44,664 nucleotides of DNA from a phage: the sequence record OZ077758.1; one strand, written 5' to 3'. A model generated the notes under the pieces. It was not told where the DNA came from. It worked only from the letters and a program-made list of their open reading frames with translations, and did no database searches. Below, one piece after another: positions 35,851-43,392 of the stretch. Both the position numbers and the translations under genes were made by a program. The first letter of the stretch is position 1. Each line of letters begins with the position of its first letter.

Positions 35851-36363
35851 TTAATCTTCCAGTTCGAAATAGGTTTCGACGATTTCTTTTAGCTCTGTGT
35901 GGAAGTCTTCGACGTCGTCATCTTCCAGCTTGGCGATTGATTTGATCTCGAACGATTCCAGCAGGTCGTCGAATTCGTCGTTCGCATCGTCGTCATCGCC
36001 ACCGGCGATAATAGCGGCATACTGTTTGATTTCGTCGCGCATCTCCGCCAGCGGATCGGCATCTTTCTTACCTTTGCCTTTCGCCGGTGCTTTCTTAGCC
36101 TTAGCCGGTTTTTCGTCTTCGGCGTCTTCGTCGTCGTCATCTTCTACGACTTCTTTTTTGGCCTTACCTTTCGCCGGTGCTTTTTTAGTTTTCGCCGGTG
36201 CTTCGTCTTCGGCGTCGTCATCTTCTACGACTTCTTTTTTGGCCTTAGACGGCTTCTTGTCTTCCTGCTTACCAACGGCAGCGCCAACGGTTTCATAATG
36301 TTTAGCGATGGTTTCCAGTGCTACTACGCCGCGAGTGATCAGGTTTACGATTTGCTCAAACAT
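35851..36363 (-). CDS. acidic repeat protein, first gene of leftward early operon
   Basis: 170 aa from ATG 36363 (RBS GGAGA); two tandem ~23-aa repeats (KKEVVEDDD.EDE.PAK.KKAPAKGK) from a ~69-bp nucleotide repeat; poly-Asp C-terminal half. Confidence 0.6.
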   Translation of the reverse strand: MFEQIVNLITRGVVALETIAKHYETVGAAVGKQEDKKPSKAKKEVVEDDDAEDEAPAKTKKAPAKGKAKKEVVEDDDDEDAEDEKPAKAKKAPAKGKGKKDADPLAEMRDEIKQYAAIIAGGDDDDANDEFDDLLESFEIKSIAKLEDDDVEDFHTELKEIVETYFELED

Positions 36364-36559
36364 GGTACATCTCCGATTGGTTAAGTTTAGGTGTCGGCAG
36401 TTAACTTCGTCGGTGGCCTTAACATATTGCCAGGTTACGCGTTCTCCCGTTCGGGTAGTGGACCTGGTTATATAATCACGGTTGGGAATCCTGACACTTC
36501 GATCCGGCCCCTGCGTTGCCCCTCTCCAGTTTGCGTCCTGCATCCTGTCGACGGAGTGA

Positions 36560-36589
36560 ATAATAGATTGGTTGCAGGATGGGTGTCAA
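36560..36589 (-). promoter_or_regulatory. strong sigma70-like early promoter (leftward)
   Basis: minus strand TTGACA - 18 bp - TATTAT with GCAACCAAT in the spacer next to the -10. Confidence 0.55.
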
Positions 36590-36600
36590 CAACTAATTTC

Positions 36601-36635
36601 AAAAAAAAAAGCGCCGAGGCAAAATGCGACGGCGC
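36601..36635 (-). terminator. rho-independent terminator (minus strand) insulating divergent early region
   Basis: + strand A10 followed by GCGCCG-N13-CGGCGC; on minus strand this is a hairpin followed by T10. Confidence 0.6.
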
Positions 36636-36706
36636 TAACCAATAAGAGACAATGAGACGGGAATTATTATTACACGCGTGCGCGCCCGTTTCAATATCCA
36701 AAGGAT

Positions 36707-36753
36707 TTGACACCGTGCGGTTTTGGGTGTAGTTTCGTTGGTCATTAACCAAC
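36707..36753 (+). promoter_or_regulatory. rightward early promoter with palindromic operator at transcription start
   Basis: TTGACA (36707..36712) - 17 bp - TAGTTT, followed by palindrome GTTGGT-CATTA-ACCAAC (36737..36753) and RBS GAGGG. Confidence 0.5.
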
Positions 36754-36766
36754 TGAGGGCAGAGCA

Positions 36767-37096
36767 ATGAATGTAAACGACGCAATCGAAATGTTAACGA
36801 AGACTGTTTGCAGTGAGACAAGCCGGTCATGGGCATACACCGATGCCGTGGGGGCTGTGTTATTTGAAATCGAACGACTGCGGCTTACCGAAAAAGAATT
36901 GCGCGCCAGGCTGGAACTACTCAACGGTACAGCAGCAAGCAAGCTGCAAAAACACAATGAAGAAATGGAAGAATACAAAAAGCAGGTTATCCGTTTGCGC
37001 GCCGAGGGTAAATCATGGGCGATGATTGCCGAGTTGACCGGAATTAATCAGAGCACAGTGCGCTCCTGGGTACGCAATAATAAAACTTCTAAGTAA
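36767..37096 (+). CDS. helix-turn-helix DNA-binding protein (putative regulator)
   Basis: 109 aa; C-terminal HTH-like KSWAMIAELTGINQSTVRSWVRNN; first gene of rightward early operon. Confidence 0.6.
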   Translation: MNVNDAIEMLTKTVCSETSRSWAYTDAVGAVLFEIERLRLTEKELRARLELLNGTAASKLQKHNEEMEEYKKQVIRLRAEGKSWAMIAELTGINQSTVRSWVRNNKTSK

Positions 37097-37106
37097 GGCC
37101 ACGGCA

Positions 37107-39323
37107 ATGAGCTTGATTAAATTCGCTGTAACAAAACCCGCTAAAAAAGGCGAAAAAGCCAGGGCGGAGAACTTCCAGATGACGACCGATGAGTTTTTCG
37201 AATTTATCAAAGATGCGAAAGAAATCTCCTCGGTGCATATCAACAAGACGGAAGATAAAGCCGAGTATGCGCGCCGCAAGCGTAAGGCCGATGGCATCGT
37301 GGCGTATACCAGTGACGGATTGCGTCGTAAGACCAGTGCGGTGGACCGCTCGATCCTGTTCTTTGATATTGACCGCACCGACACCCGCACCCTGCGCCGC
37401 TGCCGTAAGGCGTTCATCGACGCGGGTCTGGAACACGTATTTCACACCACCACCGGCGACCGCCACCCGCTGAAGGGCGGCACGCGTTGCGCCCGTTTCC
37501 TGGTGCTCACTGACAAGCCTGTACCGGCTGAAGACCTGGGCCGCGTCCAGTATGCACTATTACACCAACTGGGTCTGTCAGATGTGGACTTCGACGATTG
37601 CACGAAAGACACAAACCGCCTGATGTACCTGCCACACCAGCAGTCCGTTATTAAGTGCCACTATGGCAAGCGCGCCAATGTGCGTCGTCTACTCCGTCGG
37701 GCGGACAAGCTGGGGGTGGAAAAAGAGGAAGTACGACGCGAACTGACCCAGGGCGATGACGGCGTGGCGGACGGTATTCTGGATTGGTGCTTCCAGGCAG
37801 GATTCGAACCGCTGTCGTCCGGTCGTGGCTATGAAGTACCGTGCCCGAACGAACACCTGCACAGCGGCGAAGGGTCCACCGCGATCATGGTTAAGGATGG
37901 CGAGATCCGTTTCAAGTGTATGCACACCGGCAACGAGTGTTGCTCGGAACTGAACAGACACCAGCACCTGGCGCTACGTCTTATCGGTATCCCGGACCAC
38001 CTGAACGTAGAACCGCACAACATGTCACGTAAGCAAATTGCCGCCATCCTCCCCGGACTGGACGACGAGGAAGTGGAATCGTGCTATGAACATATCGTTG
38101 ATGCGGTCGGTGACGGCGACGAGTACGGCGGATGTACGGACGCAGACCTGGACAACGAGCCGGTTGCACTGTTCAGTAAGCACGACCCGATCATCGAGGG
38201 GTTGATTAACTTCAAATCGACCTGGTATATGGCTGGCGAATCGAACATCGGTAAATCGTTCTACGTGCTGGGACAAATGGGCGCGGTTGCCGCGGGGATT
38301 CCGTTCGGTGGTGCGAAGGTAGTCCAGTCTCATTGCTTCTATTTCGACGCGGAAGGTGGCGAAGCCTCCAACCAGCGTAAGGAAGCATTGCAGATCAAAT
38401 ATGAGCACGACCTCGACAAGCTGCACATTATAGACCTGCAATCACGCGGCTGGGATATCACCAGCAAATCCGGCTTGCGTGAAGTTATCAGCTTTATCAA
38501 CCGCACCGCTAACGGCGAACCGGTTGGCCTGGTGGCGTTCGACTCACTCAACCAGACTGTTGCGCTGCGGTCCGCCGATGCTAAGCCGTTCGACGAGAAC
38601 AACGCCAGCGATATGGGTGAAGTGGTCAAGGCGCTGAAGGCCATCGCGGAAAATACAGGCGGCAGTGCGGGCGTCATCCACCACCCGGCTAAAGGTGCGA
38701 ACGGCAGCAGAACGCCACGCGGGTCCGGCGCGCTTCATGGTGCTGTTGATTCCGCGTTCTTCCTGGAGCAACCGGACGACAACCAGCCCGGACAATTGAA
38801 CCTGTACCATGAGAAGGCACGTAACGGCATCAAGCAAGCGCCGCGCGGATTCGTCCTTCTCAAGTGCAAGGTTAAGGTGGATCTCCGCAAGTCCGAGGCG
38901 TTCGAAGCCCACCAGTCCACCAGCACCGGGCCGGACTTCGGTGATGTGGTTGCCGGTTGGGACGTCAAGCCAATTGCCTCCACGCCACGCGACGAGACTC
39001 TTTACCTCGTACCGGTCGCCCTGGCACCGTTCGCTATTGAACAGGCGAAGGCCGCGGGCAAGGCCGCAGTTAAGGAAGAGAACGCCGCGGGGCCGCGCAA
39101 CGAAAAAGAGAAAGTGCTTTATGCGGCACTGGAAAAACTGATGGAAGATAACCCGGACCATACCGGATTCAGTAAATCGGCAATTGTCCGCCAGGCTGGA
39201 CTGGCAAAAGGTGGCACATCGACGAAGGCAATCGACGATATGGTAGAGCGCGGAGTGTTAGGTTTTTATACCGATCCGCACAAAAAGGTGGCACATCGAC
39301 GAAGGCAATCGACGATATGGTAG
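37107..39323 (+). CDS. bifunctional DNA primase (AEP-type) / helicase, C-terminus altered by tandem duplication
   Basis: 738 aa; N-terminal AEP-like motifs (LFFDIDRTD, TTTGDRHP), Cys/His cluster, C-terminal RecA-fold ATPase with Walker A GESNIGKS and Walker B VAFDSL; reading frame is shifted by a 77-bp duplication near the 3' end. Confidence 0.75.
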   Translation: MSLIKFAVTKPAKKGEKARAENFQMTTDEFFEFIKDAKEISSVHINKTEDKAEYARRKRKADGIVAYTSDGLRRKTSAVDRSILFFDIDRTDTRTLRRCRKAFIDAGLEHVFHTTTGDRHPLKGGTRCARFLVLTDKPVPAEDLGRVQYALLHQLGLSDVDFDDCTKDTNRLMYLPHQQSVIKCHYGKRANVRRLLRRADKLGVEKEEVRRELTQGDDGVADGILDWCFQAGFEPLSSGRGYEVPCPNEHLHSGEGSTAIMVKDGEIRFKCMHTGNECCSELNRHQHLALRLIGIPDHLNVEPHNMSRKQIAAILPGLDDEEVESCYEHIVDAVGDGDEYGGCTDADLDNEPVALFSKHDPIIEGLINFKSTWYMAGESNIGKSFYVLGQMGAVAAGIPFGGAKVVQSHCFYFDAEGGEASNQRKEALQIKYEHDLDKLHIIDLQSRGWDITSKSGLREVISFINRTANGEPVGLVAFDSLNQTVALRSADAKPFDENNASDMGEVVKALKAIAENTGGSAGVIHHPAKGANGSRTPRGSGALHGAVDSAFFLEQPDDNQPGQLNLYHEKARNGIKQAPRGFVLLKCKVKVDLRKSEAFEAHQSTSTGPDFGDVVAGWDVKPIASTPRDETLYLVPVALAPFAIEQAKAAGKAAVKEENAAGPRNEKEKVLYAALEKLMEDNPDHTGFSKSAIVRQAGLAKGGTSTKAIDDMVERGVLGFYTDPHKKVAHRRRQSTIW

Positions 39324-39359
39324 AGCGCGGAGTGTTAGGTTTTTATACCGATCCGCACA
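39206..39359. repeat. perfect 77-bp tandem duplication
   Basis: 39206..39282 and 39283..39359 are identical (AAAAGGTGGCACATCGACGAAGGCAATCGACGATATGGTAGAGCGCGGAGTGTTAGGTTTTTATACCGATCCGCACA). Confidence 0.9.
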
Positions 39360-39457
39360 CCGGGGCCATATATGGGTCGTCGAATATCGTCATCAAAACG
39401 AATATACCCATCACGCTTTCGGCGACCGATGACGACCTGAAAGATTAATTTGTGCGC

Positions 39458-39560
39458 GTATTGGTTGCCGATATGGGAATTCCCATATCGCTAAAAGATT
39501 AAATTTTGCGCGCATTGGTTGCCATTTTGGGTGTTTTTATCAGGTCGTATTGGTTGCCGT
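39458..39560. promoter_or_regulatory. three spaced ATTGGTTGCC sites plus 20-bp perfect palindrome
   Basis: ATTGGTTGCC at 39460..39469, 39514..39523 and 39549..39558; GATATGGGAATTCCCATATC palindrome at 39470..39489. Confidence 0.6.
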
Positions 39561-39595
39561 GTAGTGTGATTATTATGAATAGTTATGCAATAAAA

Positions 39596-39772
39596 CTGCA
39601 TAAAACAAACGGGACAAAAAGCGGGACAAACAAGGGGCGGGACAAAGCGGGACAGCACCCCCGTCCCGCCCCGGATGACGCGGCCTGGAGAGGAGCGGGA
39701 CAGCGGGACAGCACCCCAGTCTTTCAGACTAGACGGGGGTCAGTGGCCCCCCTCGTCTGAGACTGAATAAAA
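39596..39772 (+). repeat. GGGACA iteron array plus conserved double-hairpin element (copy B)
   Basis: same architecture as 11541..11712; flanks nearly identical, central 34-bp block diverged at about half the positions with length conserved; preceded by AT-rich segment 39565..39610. Confidence 0.8.
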
Positions 39773-39925
39773 TCCGGGGATTGCAAAATACACGGCAGCA
39801 TGATGCGAAGTGCGGTCGTAGGTGAACTAGGCAACCAATGCGAGTTGCATTATGCGAAGTGAAAAATGCAGTTTGCAGTCACAGCGGATAGCGATCAACT
39901 TTTTCATGCGCGTGATTAATATTGG

Positions 39926-39954
39926 TTGCACCCCGCCTGGCACCCTGCTATATT
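39926..39954 (+). promoter_or_regulatory. sigma70-like promoter
   Basis: TTGCAC - 17 bp - TATATT, built from two ATTGGTTGCAC copies; leader GGTTGCACACCAACATGAGGA also found at the moron promoter. Confidence 0.5.
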
Positions 39955-39982
39955 GGTTGCACACCAACATGAGGACTGAACG

Positions 39983-40288
39983 ATGAAAGCGATTATCTGG
40001 AATTACGCATTAGCCGTGGCAAAGCTGTACGAAGCGAAACACACAAACGGCAACGCAGACGAAGCGCGCGAGGTCGTCATCCTGACCCAGCAGGCAATCA
40101 TGGACGCGTTCGACGATATGTTTGCCAGCCTGGACGAACTGGAACCGCTGCGTGTGGCAATCTGCGAATATGCGATGGCATTTGCCCGTGAGCGCCTGGC
40201 GTATCGTTTCGGGATCGGCGATAAGGCAGTGACAAACGTCGCCCGGATTAAAGCCCAGCGCGAACTATTCGCGCAGCTTGCGAAATAA
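39983..40288 (+). CDS. hypothetical protein
   Basis: 101-aa ORF with RBS GAGGA. Confidence 0.55.
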   Translation: MKAIIWNYALAVAKLYEAKHTNGNADEAREVVILTQQAIMDAFDDMFASLDELEPLRVAICEYAMAFARERLAYRFGIGDKAVTNVARIKAQRELFAQLAK

Positions 40289-40297
40289 GGGGCCAAA

Positions 40298-40567
40298 ATG
40301 GGCCGTAGACGAGAAAAACAGCTTTCGTGGCATATTCCCCTGCATTGCATACGAATATGGGCTAAGAATGCGGTTGAGGGCGATTCTGTGTTCTGGTGCT
40401 ATCGAGACGACGTAAAGCCACTGACGCAGACTCGCTACTTGCACCAGTTCGCAGCACAACACGATTTCAGGGTGCGGACTTCCTTGCAACCAATGGGAAT
40501 ACGTATTACATTACGCCGGAAGCCCGCCATTGAGCGGGTAGGCAAACACTGGAGACTGAGCAGATGA
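40298..40567 (+). CDS. hypothetical protein
   Basis: 89-aa Arg-rich ORF. Confidence 0.4.
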   Translation: MGRRREKQLSWHIPLHCIRIWAKNAVEGDSVFWCYRDDVKPLTQTRYLHQFAAQHDFRVRTSLQPMGIRITLRRKPAIERVGKHWRLSR

Positions 40568-40694
40568 TGATAGGCGGATTCTCGCAGGAGTATATCTACC
40601 TGCATATGTGCGTACTTGACTACGAACAAAACGGCATCGCTACGGTGTGCGATGGCGACACGAAGACTATAGAAGAGATCGAGGAGACAGAGCA

Positions 40695-41252
40695 ATGAAA
40701 TTACTATTCCGCCGTAAGCACGATGGCCGAATCTTGAAGCCGATCCAAACCCTGGATTCCCACGTCCGCTTACAAAACGCGGCTGGCGGTCGGGTGTGGT
40801 GGGCAAAGAAAGACAAGCTGCCGGAAAACTTTGATGTACTCACTCACGATATCGAGCGCGGCGATGTGCTGCGTGATATTCGCGACGGCAGCTTGTGGAT
40901 CGTTGAATATGTCGGTCTTCATGGTCTGCGTATGCAGAACCGCAAGGATGGCGTCGCCGGTATGACTTACTTCGGCCTTGTCAACTACGAACGAGTGGGC
41001 CGCAAATACAGCCTGCGCGACCGCCAGCCTCATGAGCGCGTTGAGTTCCGCAAGACCCAACACGCCTACGCAACCTACGACGCAAGCAAAGTGATGGAGC
41101 CGATCCGCCAGGCCACGCGTGAGATAGTCAATCGCTTCGATGCCGTGACGAACGCACAGCGCCATGCGCAGGAATACGGCGTTGGATTCATCCGGGTAGA
41201 ACAAGACGGCAGCATGAAAGCCATCGACCCGCGCTCGGTGATTCTGAAATGA
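40695..41252 (+). CDS. hypothetical protein
   Basis: 185 aa from ATG 40695 with RBS GAGGAGA. Confidence 0.5.
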   Translation: MKLLFRRKHDGRILKPIQTLDSHVRLQNAAGGRVWWAKKDKLPENFDVLTHDIERGDVLRDIRDGSLWIVEYVGLHGLRMQNRKDGVAGMTYFGLVNYERVGRKYSLRDRQPHERVEFRKTQHAYATYDASKVMEPIRQATREIVNRFDAVTNAQRHAQEYGVGFIRVEQDGSMKAIDPRSVILK

Positions 41253-41373
41253 GTGCGACGATCCGTGATATGCTGATGCATAACCGCTTTGAGATAGGCG
41301 GTCGTGTGTTCCGCAATTACTTCGTGGCGCGTGCCTGGGCGCGCCATATTGGCAAACCAGAGGGGGCAATACG

Positions 41374-41661
41374 ATGCTACACGATTTGATTTATTGGTTT
41401 GGATTGGGGTGCGCGACACTCTTTGCTACGGTGCTGGCGTTGTTGGTATGGGTGTTCCTGATTTGGCCCGCGGTGGAAGCCGCCAGTATTACCCGCATGA
41501 CGTTCCAGATATACAAGCGCCGTGGCATCACGGAGCACCCTACCCGGTTGCGCATGTGGTGGCTGTGGTATCGGGATATGATAGGCGGGCGAACATTCGA
41601 AGCCGTCCGGTCGAGTGGATGGGAGTGGAAAGGCGTCGGCAAGTGGTCCATTTTCGATTAA
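41374..41661 (+). CDS. small membrane protein
   Basis: 95 aa; hydrophobic helix GLGCATLFATVLALLVWVFLIW. Confidence 0.45.
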   Translation: MLHDLIYWFGLGCATLFATVLALLVWVFLIWPAVEAASITRMTFQIYKRRGITEHPTRLRMWWLWYRDMIGGRTFEAVRSSGWEWKGVGKWSIFD

Positions 41662-41678
41662 TTATGCAAGCGTGATAT

Positions 41679-41713
41679 AGTCCCAGTGAGCTAAAACTTA
41701 CTGGGACTTTTTT
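41679..41713 (+). terminator. rho-independent terminator immediately upstream of holin start
   Basis: GTCCCAGT-N12-ACTGGGAC hairpin followed by TTTTTT, ending 1 nt before holin ATG. Confidence 0.6.
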
Positions 41714-42004
41714 ATGGATAAGCTAAACGAGTGGTTATTTGCCCTCGCATGTCTGGCTGGCGGCTTCGTAGGCGCACGCATTCATGGCGAGGCTACGAAA
41801 GGGCCGCTAAACTTCGTTTTATATATCGTGGTAGGCTTCTTGTGTGCCATCTTTGGCGCTCCAGCTATCGCCGAGTGGGCTGGCTTATCTGGCGAGCGCA
41901 CTGTTGCCGGTTTGGGCTTCGTAACTGCAATCTTCTGGATGCCAATAGCCGCCCGGATCAGGGAGACTATTGAGTCGTTCCGACTTCCGGGGGGTGCAAA
42001 ATGA
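41714..42004 (+). CDS. holin (putative)
   Basis: 96 aa; hydrophobic transmembrane segments and charged C-terminus; directly upstream of endolysin. Confidence 0.6.
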   Translation: MDKLNEWLFALACLAGGFVGARIHGEATKGPLNFVLYIVVGFLCAIFGAPAIAEWAGLSGERTVAGLGFVTAIFWMPIAARIRETIESFRLPGGAK

Positions 42005-42246
42005 TTATCTCCGTCCTGTTGTTTGTTATCATAGGGGCTTCGTCCCTGTTTAACGTGTATGCGCCGTCCGTCCGGGATGGCATTTTCGGTCGGGTGCTGT
42101 ATCTGTTAACGGCAATGGTCTGTATTATCGGATTGTTGCAAACAGGAGACGTATCTGACACCACCTGGACCGCGTTAATCTGGCTGTTTGCATTGCGCAC
42201 GCTGCGTAATGCTGTTTTGAATGGGGTAAAACATGCGATTCAGTGA
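42001..42246 (+). CDS. small membrane protein (second holin-like / antiholin candidate)
   Basis: 81 aa, two hydrophobic helices, ATGA overlap with holin and overlap with endolysin start. Confidence 0.5.
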   Translation: MIISVLLFVIIGASSLFNVYAPSVRDGIFGRVLYLLTAMVCIIGLLQTGDVSDTTWTALIWLFALRTLRNAVLNGVKHAIQ

Positions 42247-42724
42247 CAACGGTCTACGATTTACGGCAGCATGGGAGCAATTCAGCCCAGTGCCGTATTT
42301 CGCGACTAAGAAAGAGCAGGCCCGCGGCCTGTACACCTGGGGTTATGGTCACACCGGCACTAACCCGCCTCGAAGCATTACCCGAGCGGAAGCGCTGGAG
42401 CTACTCAAGCGCGATGTGGCGTATGCGGAAGATTGGGTGAACAAATACGCACATCCGAGCATCAATCAAGCGCAATTCGACGCGCTGGTGGACCTGGTTA
42501 TCAATGCTGGTCAAGGCCCGATCGTACCGGACCATATCGCGAACGATTTTGATGATGCGGTGCGACTTGGCGACTGGGCGAAGGTCCGTGCTACTCTGCC
42601 GCAGTTCCGCAAGCAAGGCGGGGAAGTGCTTAAGGGTCTGGTCCGTCGAGCAATCGGCAGGCAAGCGCTATTCGATGGAAAGCAGTGGGACGTTGCCGAG
42701 AAGATCGGGCGTAACGCAGCATAA
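42233..42724 (+). CDS. endolysin, GH24 lysozyme family
   Basis: 163 aa; motif GLYTWGYGHTG and N-terminal E/D pattern typical of T4 E / lambda R type lysozymes. Confidence 0.8.
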   Translation: MRFSDNGLRFTAAWEQFSPVPYFATKKEQARGLYTWGYGHTGTNPPRSITRAEALELLKRDVAYAEDWVNKYAHPSINQAQFDALVDLVINAGQGPIVPDHIANDFDDAVRLGDWAKVRATLPQFRKQGGEVLKGLVRRAIGRQALFDGKQWDVAEKIGRNAA

Positions 42725-42740
42725 TACGGGGTAACACAGT

Positions 42741-43154
42741 ATGTTAAAAAGTATTCTTGATCATAACGCCGACGCGCTTGCCGCGCTGGCTAAAACCGAA
42801 GACCCAGGCGCACGCGCTATTGTAGCGGATACGATCAGCCATGCGGGGGTATTCGACGCGAAGTTACCCAGCCCGCCGGAAAGTAAGCCGGTGACAAGTG
42901 CGACCGTAACTATCGCACCGGAATCCGCCGCAGTTGGTGCGAAGGCCACCGCTTCGGTTGAGGTCCAGCCCCCCGACGCAACTAACAAGGCAGGGAAGTG
43001 GGTGTCGTCGAATCCTGCCTGTGCGGCAATCGATCAGACTACCGGAGAAATCACAGCCCAAACGGAAGGTAGCGCCCACATCTTTTGGGTGGCATCCGAC
43101 GGCAGCGGGGCGATGGCGTCCGCCATTTTCACCGTAACGGGAGCAGGAGAATAA
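42741..43154 (+). CDS. bacterial Ig-like (Big_2-like) domain protein
   Basis: 137 aa; C-terminal region with Big_2-like pattern (WVSSNPACAAIDQTTGEITA...GSAHIF). Confidence 0.5.
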   Translation: MLKSILDHNADALAALAKTEDPGARAIVADTISHAGVFDAKLPSPPESKPVTSATVTIAPESAAVGAKATASVEVQPPDATNKAGKWVSSNPACAAIDQTTGEITAQTEGSAHIFWVASDGSGAMASAIFTVTGAGE

Positions 43155-43160
43155 AACCAC

Positions 43161-43187
43161 AAGCCCGGTTAATTCCGGGCTTTTTAT
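43161..43187 (+). terminator. rho-independent terminator
   Basis: GCCCGG-TTAATT-CCGGGC hairpin followed by TTTTT. Confidence 0.65.
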
Positions 43188-43190
43188 TGC

Positions 43191-43220
43191 TTGACTTGCA
43201 ACCAACTATCGGCCCATACT
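43191..43220 (+). promoter_or_regulatory. sigma70-like promoter
   Basis: TTGACT - 18 bp - CATACT with TGCAACCAA in the spacer. Confidence 0.4.
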
Positions 43221-43250
43221 GCGACCGATCAACTAGAGGAGTAATACACT

Positions 43251-43331
43251 ATGGCACGTAATGATATTTGGGTATTGGCAATCTGGTCCGCCGCGGCATT
43301 TATCGGTATGGTTATTTGCGAATTGCTATAA
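43251..43331 (+). CDS. small hydrophobic peptide (26 aa)
   Basis: hand-translated ORF MARNDIWVLAIWSAAAFIGMVICELL with RBS AGAGGAG 10 nt upstream; not in supplied track (below length cutoff). Confidence 0.3.
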   Translation: MARNDIWVLAIWSAAAFIGMVICELL

Positions 43332-43392
43332 CCCGCCACAATATGGACCGTGGTATATTGTCCTCGGTCCCATAATCTGGAAGTGAATTAAT

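Noticed and set aside
35889-36298. Alternative-frame ORFs inside the acidic repeat gene
   Set aside because: Generated by the 69-bp nucleotide repeat; only the frame starting at 36363 has an RBS and promoter.
23868-36363. Lysogeny module (integrase, CI-like repressor, excisionase) and tRNA genes
   Set aside because: No tyrosine or serine recombinase motifs or attP-like tRNA fragment were found anywhere in the window; the phage appears strictly lytic.
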